From contig CP070751.1 in assembly GCA_020348445.1 (NCBI GenBank), forward strand, positions 597,003-661,002: a stretch of DNA of 64,000 nucleotides, in the 5' to 3' direction. The notes under the pieces are model-generated. The model was not told the DNA's origin, did not search any database, and saw only the letters and a list, made by a program, of their open reading frames with translations. Both the position numbers and the translations under genes were made by a program. Source of the DNA: Thermoplasmata archaeon (GTDB lineage Archaea > Thermoplasmatota > Thermoplasmata > GCA-020350865). Of the stretch, positions 48,493-58,518 are shown in pieces (the stretch's first letter is position 1; every line of letters begins with the position of its first letter).

Positions 48493-50289
48493 ATGGTAAA
48501 TAGATGGCAAAATTGCTGGGATGCAAGTGCAGAGATATATACACTTTTAAAGGAAAGTGACACCGTTGACGGTGCAAGGGAGAAACTGATACACCAACTT
48601 GAAGCCTTGGAATGGTCGTATCGCAGGGACTTTGTGCAGATAAAGTCGTGGGATTACATTGTCCTGAAAGAGGCTGTTAGATGCTTCAAGAATATAATAT
48701 CACCCAGAAATGAGCGTCTGGCAGATACCTCCGCACTGGAACATTTATGGAAAGCAGCAGTTGAGGGCGACTCCGATGTGAGCGACGACTTCATTATCGA
48801 ATTCGAGCATTTATTCAAGGCGATAAAGGGTCATGCAGATATATATCCCTCAACACTTATGAACGGCATAGAGTACCCAGATTTCGAACAATACAAGGGC
48901 AGAGAAGCAGGGAAAATGCGTTCCGACTTCTTGGATATCATGGGTCAAGAAATGGAGAAGTTTATAAAGAGATATCCAAGTGGTTTAGATCCAGAGATTT
49001 TAAAGAAACGGGAAGAAAACAAAGAGCGTATTTTGGACCTTTTTTCCGCGACACAGGAGAACTGGGACGACTGGAAATGGCAGTTTAGGCATGTATTTAA
49101 AAAGAAAGATGATATAGAAAATTTAAAAAAAGTAATAAAATTGACAGAAGATGAAGAAACTGCCATGAAGCTTGCTTGCGAAAATGGAGTTCCTTTTGGA
49201 GTGACTCCCCACTATCTTCACCTAATGGATTTCGAACCCAATGGCAACGATTATGCGGTGAGGAGGCAGGTGTTTCCACCTTTAAGCTATGTAGAGAACA
49301 TGATAGCCCATAAAGAGGACAGGGAACACGCATTTGACTTCATGCGCGAGCATGACACCTCACCCTTAAATTTGATTACAAGACGCTATCCAAAAGTGGC
49401 CATAATAAAGCCCTATGACTCCTGCCCGCAGATTTGCGTTTACTGTCAGCGCAACTGGGAGATCACAGAACCACTTATGGATTCTGCAGAGGCTCCCAAG
49501 GGTTCACTTGATGATGCCCTGGATTGGTTTGCAGAGCACGAGCAAATGATGGATGTATTGGTCACTGGAGGAGATCCACTAGTCATGAACGATAATAAGG
49601 TGGAGTACATAGTGCGAAGATTGTCAGAAGAGCCCCATCTACGCAGCATAAGAATAGCCACCCGGATTCCCATCACAGTTCCCCAAAGAATTACCCTTGA
49701 GCTTTGCGAAATTTTCGGAAGTTACTATGAAGTTGGTAAACAAACGATCTGCATGGTTACACATTTTTCCCACCCCTACGAGATGACCATGGAAACAGCA
49801 GTGGCCATTCAAAGGATTAAGAAACAAGGAATACATGTGTACAATCAACATGTTTATTCCTTTGCAGGGAGCAGGCGCTTTGAGTCAGTTGCATTGAGAA
49901 TAGCAATGAAACAAATCGGAGTGGATCCTTACTACACATTCAACATGAAAGGTAAGACCGAGATCGAAGATTATGCCGTGCCTGTTGCTAGGGTATTACA
50001 GGAGCGAAAAGAAGAGGCGCGATTGTTACCAGGGGTGTTCCGCTCTGATGAACCTGTTTTCAATGTTCCATTTCTCGGAAAAAATCACCTTAGGGCCTGG
50101 CAGGACCATGAGCTGATATCTATACTGCCCGAAGGGGGGAGGGTATATTCGTTCCATCCATGGGAAAAGAACATCAACAGGGTTAAACCCTATCTTTATG
50201 TGGATGTTCCAATAAAAACATATTTAGAGAAATTAGAAAAGAGAGGGGAGAATCCCAGGGATTATAGAAGCATCTGGTATTATTACTAA
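48493..50289 (+). CDS. Long KamA-family radical SAM/PLP aminomutase, predicted glutamate 2,3-aminomutase type
   Basis: CPQICVYCQR (CxxxCxxC + Arg), VTGGDPL, IRIATR; PYYTFNMK and VFNVPFLGK segments; about 200-aa N-terminal extension. Confidence 0.85.
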   Translation: MVNRWQNCWDASAEIYTLLKESDTVDGAREKLIHQLEALEWSYRRDFVQIKSWDYIVLKEAVRCFKNIISPRNERLADTSALEHLWKAAVEGDSDVSDDFIIEFEHLFKAIKGHADIYPSTLMNGIEYPDFEQYKGREAGKMRSDFLDIMGQEMEKFIKRYPSGLDPEILKKREENKERILDLFSATQENWDDWKWQFRHVFKKKDDIENLKKVIKLTEDEETAMKLACENGVPFGVTPHYLHLMDFEPNGNDYAVRRQVFPPLSYVENMIAHKEDREHAFDFMREHDTSPLNLITRRYPKVAIIKPYDSCPQICVYCQRNWEITEPLMDSAEAPKGSLDDALDWFAEHEQMMDVLVTGGDPLVMNDNKVEYIVRRLSEEPHLRSIRIATRIPITVPQRITLELCEIFGSYYEVGKQTICMVTHFSHPYEMTMETAVAIQRIKKQGIHVYNQHVYSFAGSRRFESVALRIAMKQIGVDPYYTFNMKGKTEIEDYAVPVARVLQERKEEARLLPGVFRSDEPVFNVPFLGKNHLRAWQDHELISILPEGGRVYSFHPWEKNINRVKPYLYVDVPIKTYLEKLEKRGENPRDYRSIWYYY

Positions 50290-50300
50290 TTTAAAATGTT

Positions 50301-52529
50301 CTAGAGCCTCATCTCCCGCTTTTGCAGTCTCACAGCCCTTTCTTTTGCTTTGTTTGCATAATTTATTGCTTCTCGAAAATCTCCTTCTGCAAACAGAGAA
50401 TCGGCCTTAACCAGGAAATTTTCAACAATTGTCATGTCCGCGGTACCTCTCATTCCAGAAAGAACTTCCTTTGCCTCCTTAATCGCTTTTAGTGCCTCAT
50501 CGCGTTTTGACATTAGATTATCAATGCGTTCATTTGCATAACCCAGGTATTGCTTTGCCTTGTTGACATCCCCATCGCTCAGGCTCCTTTTTGCTGTGGA
50601 AAGCAGCTGATCTATGTTCGCTGTATCCACGCCCAGAGATTTTGTTTTGTCCAGTTTATCCTGGGCTTTTGATATTTCTTCTCTTGCCTCGCTTTCTTTT
50701 CTTAAAGTTTCGGGATCCTTTACCGGGGCTATCACCCTTTCTGGTGGCTTTTCCCTCCTTGGGGGTGGTTCTCTTCTTTCCCTTGGTGGGATTCTAGCAG
50801 CTCTTTCTCTTCTAGGTTCATATGGTAACGGCTTCTCGATGCTTTCTTTTGGTTCGGCTGTGGGGCCATATGTACCAAAAGGCCTCATTGGCTCTTCACC
50901 CTCTTCTGGGAAATCACCTTCTTCTGGAAATTCCTCATAAGGCTCTTCCCCCGTAGCCTCACCGTAATGGTTCAGATGCGGGACACCTCCGTAATACTTT
51001 AATGAGACCATGCATGAAATGACGGCTATACCAAGGATTATCACAATAATGACATATATGGCAAGATAGTAGGGTTGCCAGTTGATTCTTACATTAACAT
51101 TGAGCATCTTCTCTGCAATATCGGTCCCATGTTCTGTGAAGTTGCCCACACCTTCCACATCTATCGCTATTCTTATGCTTCGGTTGCCATATTCAGAGGG
51201 TGCCCATTTTATTTTCACGGTGGCCACTGGATCATTTACTGAGAGGTTATCGAGGTATGTACTCGCAGCCTTTTTGGAGCCATCATAGAGTATAACTGTG
51301 ATGTTCGTGGCATCTACAAAACCTATGTTTTCTATGGTAACCGACACAGTGGTGGTTTTGTATTGCATTGGCTCCTCATCTGACATCGAGATGTTGGTGA
51401 TGTTTAATACAGGTACGATGATATAATAGAATTCCATTCCGGCAATTAATTCTCCTGTAGAGTTATCCACACAGGAGACGTTGATCGTGTAATTACCAAG
51501 CTGAGTATCAGAGGCGGTTCTGACTCTCAAGGTGTTTCTTTCTAGATCATTTACCCTCACAACCATCTGATCGTGAACAAGATCGATTATTAAAATATCA
51601 GGCCACTCCATTACGAGGTCCAATTTTAAGTCCATGTTTCCCGTGTTTTCCAATGTAAAGTTGAAAAGGGTATCGCGAAAACCTACAAATCCATCGAATA
51701 TGTCCGGATAGAATACAACACTCCGTCTGGGTTGTACAATTGTGGTAATAGTTATGTTGTCCTGGTGTTTATAAGAATACCAGTTTCTATCCGATTTCTC
51801 CCCCCATATCGTGAGATTCATGACTGCATGTGGAGGGGCATCTTGCGGGGCAGTGACCGTGACATTCACGGCTTTTATACCAGCTGTAAAAAGGTCAGCC
51901 TTAGGCACATTCACATCTGGGTATCTCGAGAAGTCGATTCTCCAGGAATTATTGTCGGAAATATTATGTAAAGTAATTATTACATCCTCATTTACCATAT
52001 TTCTCAGGATAAGGGTATAATTGACATAATCTAGGTTATTTACAGCCGAGGTCCATGAGGTTCCTCCTTCGATTTCCAATTCCACAACGACCCCTTCATC
52101 TACGGTGGTGATAACACCAGTTTTGTTAAATTCAGTGGAAACGGTATTTGAAGTTGCGGTTAGATTCAGGATGTCAGTATCGTACGCAGGCCAGCCCATT
52201 GGAATTGTAACATTTGCAAAAACAATGATACTCTCGTCCACATTCAATGGTCCCACAAAAGATTGACTTAATTCTATTTCCCATTCGTTACTGGAATCTG
52301 CAGATAAAATGAAATTATCTGTTTCATCTCCTGTATTTTTGATTGTGAATTCATATGAAATAGTTTTGGTGGGTAGCCCATTTTGAGCCAAAGGAAAGGC
52401 CGTGACTTCAACTCCAGCGTCGGGATTTCTTGTTCCGTGAGGTTCGTCCGCACTAATCATTGAGCTGATATTCAATGCAAAGAAAGAAAGCAACAGCATC
52501 CCTATTAAAATAAAATATCTTTTTCTCAT
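50301..52529 (-). CDS. Membrane protein with Ig-like/CARDB extracellular domains and an acidic/coiled-coil cytoplasmic tail
   Basis: Signal peptide MRKRYFILIG (start 52529); FTIKNTGDETDNF repeats; CARDB VTIENIGFVDATNI; TM; helical C-terminus. Confidence 0.75.
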   Translation of the reverse strand: MRKRYFILIGMLLLSFFALNISSMISADEPHGTRNPDAGVEVTAFPLAQNGLPTKTISYEFTIKNTGDETDNFILSADSSNEWEIELSQSFVGPLNVDESIIVFANVTIPMGWPAYDTDILNLTATSNTVSTEFNKTGVITTVDEGVVVELEIEGGTSWTSAVNNLDYVNYTLILRNMVNEDVIITLHNISDNNSWRIDFSRYPDVNVPKADLFTAGIKAVNVTVTAPQDAPPHAVMNLTIWGEKSDRNWYSYKHQDNITITTIVQPRRSVVFYPDIFDGFVGFRDTLFNFTLENTGNMDLKLDLVMEWPDILIIDLVHDQMVVRVNDLERNTLRVRTASDTQLGNYTINVSCVDNSTGELIAGMEFYYIIVPVLNITNISMSDEEPMQYKTTTVSVTIENIGFVDATNITVILYDGSKKAASTYLDNLSVNDPVATVKIKWAPSEYGNRSIRIAIDVEGVGNFTEHGTDIAEKMLNVNVRINWQPYYLAIYVIIVIILGIAVISCMVSLKYYGGVPHLNHYGEATGEEPYEEFPEEGDFPEEGEEPMRPFGTYGPTAEPKESIEKPLPYEPRRERAARIPPRERREPPPRREKPPERVIAPVKDPETLRKESEAREEISKAQDKLDKTKSLGVDTANIDQLLSTAKRSLSDGDVNKAKQYLGYANERIDNLMSKRDEALKAIKEAKEVLSGMRGTADMTIVENFLVKADSLFAEGDFREAINYANKAKERAVRLQKREMRL

Positions 52530-52710
52530 TGCGGAAACCCTCCAAACGGGGGCAGTAAGAGTAAAAGAATGTGACAATATAAATTTAACTATTCCTATTT
52601 ATTATACGAAAAAGGAATCGAAACATTGAATAAGTGGAAGACATTAATCATCGAAGACTTTAAGTCATTTAGAAATGGGCCAACTTGAGCTTGGGAAAAA
52701 GTGGTTAGAT

Positions 52711-53958
52711 ATGAAGTTGACCATGGTGCTGGGAAATGATTTCTTATATCCTTATCTGGACGATAGGGTTTATAGAGAAGCTGCCACATTAAAAGAGGAG
52801 GGCTGGGATGTACGCGTAGTGTGCTGGGCTAGGACAATTACGAACAAATCCTTGGATCATCTTCCCCAAAATGCTGAGTATAAAGGAATAAAAGTAATAA
52901 GGATTTATCAGAACATTTCTCCCAAAAAGAGCATTTTAATCAAAAGAATTATCCAGCACAGAAGAGCCATGCGAAAAATGGCAAAGAAGATCGAAGAAAC
53001 AGATCCAGATGTCATTCACTACAATGATTTTAACACCCTTTATTCCCTTAGATTTGGTGGAAAAAAGGGTAATGCAAAAGCTTTGTACGATTCCCATGAA
53101 GATTACCCTCTGATGTTAAAAAGCGCAGTTTCTCCCTTTTTCGTGAAAATGGCCACAAGACTTGAAAAACGAATTGTAAAAAAGTACGTGGACGCTGTAA
53201 TCACCGTCAGTCCACCGATTCTAAAGAGACTTAATGAGGTGGGTCCTAAAATAAATGAACTTATCATGAATTGCAAGATTCTAAAGGACTACGATATTCC
53301 CGAGACAAAGGTCAGGGAAGCAAGAAATATATTCACCCAGAAACTTAAAAATAGGGATAATATAGGATTTGAAGAATCAAATAATAAGTTCATCCTGCTG
53401 TACATTGGTTCTCTTGGCGAGGACCGGGGGTTGAGGGAGGTAATTTCCGTATTTCAAACAGTAAAAAAGGAAGACAACTTGATTTTAGTAATTGGTGGCC
53501 ATGGTGCCATAGAGAATGAAGTGAAAGCTATGGTTGAAAAAATCCAATGTGCTATTTATATTGGTGAGGTGAAAAGCGAACTTGTACCTCTTTATACAAA
53601 GGCCTGTGATGCAGTGAATATGATGATGAATCCAAAGGAGGAGTGGCATAAAATCGCCATGCCTAACAAGCTGTTCGAAGCAATGGCTGCTAAAAAATCC
53701 ATCATAGCAAGTGCAGATACGATTTACGGAGACGTGGTAAAAAAGGAGGAATGCGGGATTGTGATACCATATGGTGATGTAAAAAAATTGAAGGAGGTTA
53801 TTACTGAGCTTGCAGAGAATCCCACTCTGAGGATGAAGCTAGGGAAAAACGGATTCAACGCTGCCGTAAGGGAGTACAATTGGGAAAAGCAGGGCAAGAA
53901 ACTAAAGGCTCTCTACAAAAGGTTGGCAGGTGATGGTCCGAAAAAAAGAAATTCTTGA
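52711..53958 (+). CDS. Glycosyltransferase family 4
   Basis: DDRVYREA, YDSHEDYP, YIGSLGEDRGL, PNKLFEAMAA; start 52711. Confidence 0.9.
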   Translation: MKLTMVLGNDFLYPYLDDRVYREAATLKEEGWDVRVVCWARTITNKSLDHLPQNAEYKGIKVIRIYQNISPKKSILIKRIIQHRRAMRKMAKKIEETDPDVIHYNDFNTLYSLRFGGKKGNAKALYDSHEDYPLMLKSAVSPFFVKMATRLEKRIVKKYVDAVITVSPPILKRLNEVGPKINELIMNCKILKDYDIPETKVREARNIFTQKLKNRDNIGFEESNNKFILLYIGSLGEDRGLREVISVFQTVKKEDNLILVIGGHGAIENEVKAMVEKIQCAIYIGEVKSELVPLYTKACDAVNMMMNPKEEWHKIAMPNKLFEAMAAKKSIIASADTIYGDVVKKEECGIVIPYGDVKKLKEVITELAENPTLRMKLGKNGFNAAVREYNWEKQGKKLKALYKRLAGDGPKKRNS

Positions 53959-54008
53959 GGTTACTGCATATGTTCGGGGATAAGAAAAATCCATATCAAG
54001 GGATTTAA

Positions 54009-55202
54009 ATGAAAATTCTTATGGTACTTTCAGATAATACGTTTCCTCCAGACATCAGGGTCGAGAAGGAGGCCAGATCTTTGATTTCTTCTGGCCACAA
54101 GGTTCATTTACTGGTAAGGGGCTCATCAAACCAGAAAAAGGAAGAGATTGTCAACAACATCCATGTCCACAGATTTTTCGTCCCAACTTATGACATGCCT
54201 TTTTTAGGTTATTCCACTTATTTCTTTATACACAGGTATAAATTAACATATAGGATAATAAGAACGATCAGAAAATATGGTATACAGGCGCTTCACGTTC
54301 ATGATCTGCCCTATGGTATGGCCGCTGCAATGGCGGGAAAGATATACAATTTACCTGTGATATTTGACATGCATGAGCATTATGTGGATTTGATGAAATC
54401 AAATTTTGAGGTGCAGGGAATGAACGTGCCCCTTCTACCAAGCCTGCTTTCATATGAGGAGAGATTGGTATGCAGCAATGCGAAGAAGGTCGTGGTTGTG
54501 GCAGAGGAGGGTATTAACAGAGTCGCACAGCAGCACAAAATTTCCAAGGATAAGATCGTTTTGGTGTCCAACACGGCGGACATCCAACTGCTAAGTAGAT
54601 TCGAAGAAGATCATAAGAAACACAAACATGAAAAAGAAAAGGATGATATCATCCTATCCTATATCGGGATTTTTTCCAAGGATAGGGGAATCGATGTGCT
54701 GCTAAAGGCCATGCCACTTATACTCGATAAGCATGAGAATGTGAAGTTACTTTTGGTAGGGGTGGATCCTTATGTCGAGGAATTAACTGATCTTATTAAG
54801 GATCTGGGCATTCAAAACAAGGTCAAGTTCACAGGTTGGGTTCCAATTTCCAAGGCAATGGAGTATGTTATAGAAAGTGATTTATGTACAGTTCCCCATC
54901 AAAGCACACCGCAAAGGAAAACAACGCTTCCCCATAAGATATTTCAATACATGTATTTTAAAAAGCCTGTTGTGGTAAGTGATATCCCCCCATTAAAGAG
55001 AATCGTTACCGAGGCCAAGTGCGGGCTCGTTTTCAAGGCAGATGATCACACGGATTGCGCCCAAAAGGTGAATGAAATTCTCGACAATCCAAAAATACTC
55101 TTTGAAATGGGTGAAAATGGAAGAAAAGCAGTCCAAAGAATATACAACTGGAACGAGGATGCCAAGAAACTGTTGAAACTCTATGAGGAGCTATCAGGTT
55201 AA
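54009..55202 (+). CDS. Glycosyltransferase family 4
   Basis: DIRVEKEA, FDMHEHY, YIGIFSKDRGI, PHKIFQYM. Confidence 0.9.
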   Translation: MKILMVLSDNTFPPDIRVEKEARSLISSGHKVHLLVRGSSNQKKEEIVNNIHVHRFFVPTYDMPFLGYSTYFFIHRYKLTYRIIRTIRKYGIQALHVHDLPYGMAAAMAGKIYNLPVIFDMHEHYVDLMKSNFEVQGMNVPLLPSLLSYEERLVCSNAKKVVVVAEEGINRVAQQHKISKDKIVLVSNTADIQLLSRFEEDHKKHKHEKEKDDIILSYIGIFSKDRGIDVLLKAMPLILDKHENVKLLLVGVDPYVEELTDLIKDLGIQNKVKFTGWVPISKAMEYVIESDLCTVPHQSTPQRKTTLPHKIFQYMYFKKPVVVSDIPPLKRIVTEAKCGLVFKADDHTDCAQKVNEILDNPKILFEMGENGRKAVQRIYNWNEDAKKLLKLYEELSG

Positions 55203-56771
55203 TGGCTCATCATCCTCGCCTTTTAGCTCATCTTTAATGTATTTCCCCATCTTCCCTGGGTGAAGAAGATCGAGGAAGAATCGTAGATCGTTTCGTTTGA
55301 ATTCCTTGAGCACTATCAATATGGCCAAATAAATAATCATCACTATGAAACCCAATATCAAAAGAAGACCAAGATGATAGGGTATTTGTAGATTTTGTGA
55401 TGTCCTGATGGTTGTCCAAACATTATATTCATCCAACAGATAATTTAAACCGATTAAAGATAGCCCAGCGATTAAGGCCGCAACAAGATGCTTTGTTATG
55501 CATGAACCTGGTCTAATCCCAGTCAATCTATTTGCTGCAATATAGTAGAGTATCAGGAGTATTAAGGTGGAAATTATCGTGGCAAATGCGGCACCAAAAG
55601 CACCCAATCCCAACAACCTAATACCAACAATTTGCTTGGGTATGAAAATAAGGTTGAGAACGATATTGATAAGTGCCGCTGAAACAGCGATTCTAGCTAT
55701 GATCTTGGGTCTATCAAGACCACTTATCAGAGAAAAGTAAGGTTTGGCCAATGTTGATATTAAGATAAATACCGCTAAAGCGGCCAAAACGGGTGCTCCG
55801 ATATCCACAAAGGAACTACCCAGTATCAATTCCACGATCTCTTTTCTTTGTATGATGATGAAAGCCGAGATAGGAAAAACGATCATTGAAAGGTACCGCT
55901 CTGCTTTTCTCATAACCTCGCCGATCTCTGCAAGACGATTTTTGGAGGCATAGTAAGAGATAGTGGGAAACAAAATTAGGCCCAGTGAAGCAGAAAGGTG
56001 CCTCAGAATATCGATTATTCGTTGCGAGCCAAAATAATATCCCACATGATCATCGCCCCAGAAGAATCCGATCATAACTCGATCGATATTCAGTGAAATT
56101 GTGCCCATTATAGCAGCGAGAAAGACAGGGAGGGCAAAACGTGTGTAGCTTTTGAACATCTCTTTCTTTGGCCGGGCAATGGGATATCCTCGAATCAATA
56201 GTAAAGCCACCACAAAACTCGCAAAAGCACCGATGACATAGGCTCCTGCCAACCAAGTTAGGCCAAGAGGAATCGTAATTGCTATTGCTATAACCAGAGG
56301 ACCTCTTGTAACATGTTCTGTCATGTTGGAAATCTGACTTTTGGCAATTTCCCTTCGGGCATTGAATGTATGACCCATCATTTGAACGAGGGTAAGGATT
56401 ATATAGTAAACCAGGATGATGAACAAGACAAATTCCTTTTCTGATTTTCCCTCCTCATTGGAAAATATTCTCCACGCCAGAATTCCGATTAAGGCAAGCA
56501 TGGACATAATTGCGATTAAGACGAGCTTAATGGATATGTAAGTTCCAAGACATGTTCCAAGATCTTTTTCTTCTGATATCCTTTTTATATGGGCTGAATC
56601 GTATCCAAGGCTAGTAATAAAGGAGAACAGGCCAATGAATGATAGTGCAAAACCTATCACACCCAGGATGGTTTCACCCATGTACTGGGCTACAAAATAA
56701 AGGGAGAAGAAACCGATTACTGCCCCTATGATACTGTTAACCATTATCAGTAACGACTTTCTCGCGATCAA
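55194..56771 (-). CDS. Oligosaccharide flippase (Wzx/MOP superfamily)
   Basis: About 14 TM segments; NIDRVMIGFFWG..VGYY; LNLIFIP..GAFGAAFAT. Confidence 0.88.
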   Translation of the reverse strand: MIARKSLLIMVNSIIGAVIGFFSLYFVAQYMGETILGVIGFALSFIGLFSFITSLGYDSAHIKRISEEKDLGTCLGTYISIKLVLIAIMSMLALIGILAWRIFSNEEGKSEKEFVLFIILVYYIILTLVQMMGHTFNARREIAKSQISNMTEHVTRGPLVIAIAITIPLGLTWLAGAYVIGAFASFVVALLLIRGYPIARPKKEMFKSYTRFALPVFLAAIMGTISLNIDRVMIGFFWGDDHVGYYFGSQRIIDILRHLSASLGLILFPTISYYASKNRLAEIGEVMRKAERYLSMIVFPISAFIIIQRKEIVELILGSSFVDIGAPVLAALAVFILISTLAKPYFSLISGLDRPKIIARIAVSAALINIVLNLIFIPKQIVGIRLLGLGAFGAAFATIISTLILLILYYIAANRLTGIRPGSCITKHLVAALIAGLSLIGLNYLLDEYNVWTTIRTSQNLQIPYHLGLLLILGFIVMIIYLAILIVLKEFKRNDLRFFLDLLHPGKMGKYIKDELKGEDDEPLT

Positions 56772-57130
56772 TAGCAGGTTCCTCCGATCACATTGGATTT
56801 GGGCGGACTTTCCATAACATGTGGAAAGGTATACCCATCATATTTCCAATTTCTCTCTCTATTATATATGGGCGATAATTTAGGGGTTTAAGTAACTAAC
56901 TGTTTTTCAATGGAGCCTTTCTTTATTGGATATTACTATAAATCTAAAGTTAGAATGAACAGTAAACTTCTTTTATTGTTTTGGAGATGTTCATATACAC
57001 ACACTCCATATCCTCCAACGCAGAAATAAGGAATCTGTCACAAGGTATAACAAACAATCTTTATATAGAAGAACTTATATATCTGCAAAGAACCCCTGAA
57101 AAAATATGAATATGTATTGGGTGAGGAGAA

Positions 57131-57718
57131 ATGAGCAAGAAGAGAAAAAGAAGAGAATCTGATGACGACGATTACTGGCGGGACCATGATTCGTTTTTCG
57201 ACGATTTCTTTGAATTTGGAGATATTGACAGGGAATTTACGCGCATGAGGGAATTTATGGATAAGATCACCAAACGCGCAATGCGTGGTGAGTTGGGCAC
57301 TCAGGAGCAGGGACCCTATGTTTACGGTTTTTCCATGCGCCTTGGACCTGACGGAAAACCCCATATTGAGGAGTTCGGTAACACAAAACCTCCAAGGAGG
57401 CTTGAGGGTGGTGAGGGTGAACAGTTCGAAGTTGCCGAGAGGGAGCCTTTAACTGATGTCATCGAATCCAAGGATTCCATTTCCATAACCCTTGAGATAC
57501 CAGGCGTGGACAAAGATGAGATTGAGCTTACAGTCGAGGAAGATAAGGTTTCCATAAACGTCGATACCTCCCAGCGCAAATATTTCAAGGAGATACCGCT
57601 AAAGTCCAGGGTGGATCCTAAGACATCCAAGGCAACATACAAGAACGGAGTTCTGGATATCATACTAAAGAAACTGCAGACCAAGGGTCAAAAAGGTAAA
57701 AAGGTGAAGATCGATTGA
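57131..57718 (+). CDS. hsp20: Archaeal small heat-shock protein Hsp20
   Basis: GPYVYGFSMRLGPDGKPHIEEFGN, EPLTDV, IPGVDK, ATYKNGVLDI, C-terminal VKID. Confidence 0.93.
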   Translation: MSKKRKRRESDDDDYWRDHDSFFDDFFEFGDIDREFTRMREFMDKITKRAMRGELGTQEQGPYVYGFSMRLGPDGKPHIEEFGNTKPPRRLEGGEGEQFEVAEREPLTDVIESKDSISITLEIPGVDKDEIELTVEEDKVSINVDTSQRKYFKEIPLKSRVDPKTSKATYKNGVLDIILKKLQTKGQKGKKVKID

Positions 57719-57774
57719 ACATCGATTCAAGCAAAATTTTAATAGAATAATCATACTTTTCCGTGGGATTAAAT

Positions 57775-58500
57775 ATGGAGCAAAGAAAGGAAGAAAAGAA
57801 AACGCAAAAAGAAACAGAAGAAAAAATCAACAATGAACTGGTAAAGAAGGATAAAGTGGAAATCAAAACCATACCAAAGGATCCACTAATGGCCATCGAG
57901 AGTGAAGTAAAGGCAACAGGATTAAAGGATGATGAACCCACCTCCAAACAAGAGGATAAAGGATTTGATATAGAAGCCTTGAAAGTCTCCTTGGATGACA
58001 AGACAAAGCTCGCCGATGATTACTATGATAGACTCATGAGAATCCAGGCCGAATTCGACAACTATCAAAAGAGGGCAGAGAAAGAAAAGGAGGATTTCAG
58101 AAACTATGCCAATGCCCAATTGATAAAGGATCTTTTAGGGATTCTGGATGATTTTCAAAATGCGTTATCAATTAAGGAAGAAGGGTCAAACAGGGAGTTT
58201 CTAAGGGGCTTTGAGATGATTTATGAGAACCTATTGGGGATGCTAAAAAAGGAGGGCCTTTGCATAATCAAGGCAGAATCTGAAAAATTCGATCCTTGGA
58301 AGCATGAAGCAGTGGAGATGGTACCCACAAAGGAGCATCCCGATCATACTGTTTTGAGTGTTATTCAACCCGGTTATATGTTCAAGGATAAGATTTTAAG
58401 ACCTGCAAAGGTCAGGGTCGCGATAGGCCCAAGTGTAGAAGAAAATAAGGAAGATAATGGTGATAAGGATTCTGAATCCGGGGAGAATGAGGAAGATTAA
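57775..58500 (+). CDS. grpE: Nucleotide exchange factor GrpE
   Basis: RIQAEFDNYQKR, KFDPWKHEAV, GYMFKDKILRPAKVRV. Confidence 0.95.
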   Translation: MEQRKEEKKTQKETEEKINNELVKKDKVEIKTIPKDPLMAIESEVKATGLKDDEPTSKQEDKGFDIEALKVSLDDKTKLADDYYDRLMRIQAEFDNYQKRAEKEKEDFRNYANAQLIKDLLGILDDFQNALSIKEEGSNREFLRGFEMIYENLLGMLKKEGLCIIKAESEKFDPWKHEAVEMVPTKEHPDHTVLSVIQPGYMFKDKILRPAKVRVAIGPSVEENKEDNGDKDSESGENEED

Positions 58501-58518
58501 TAATGGAGGTGAAGTAAC

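Noticed and set aside
48493-50289. Annotation as lysine 2,3-aminomutase (kamA/ablA/epmB)
   Set aside because: The lysine-binding Asp positions appear to be Lys and Asn, and no ablB or lysine-fermentation genes are adjacent.
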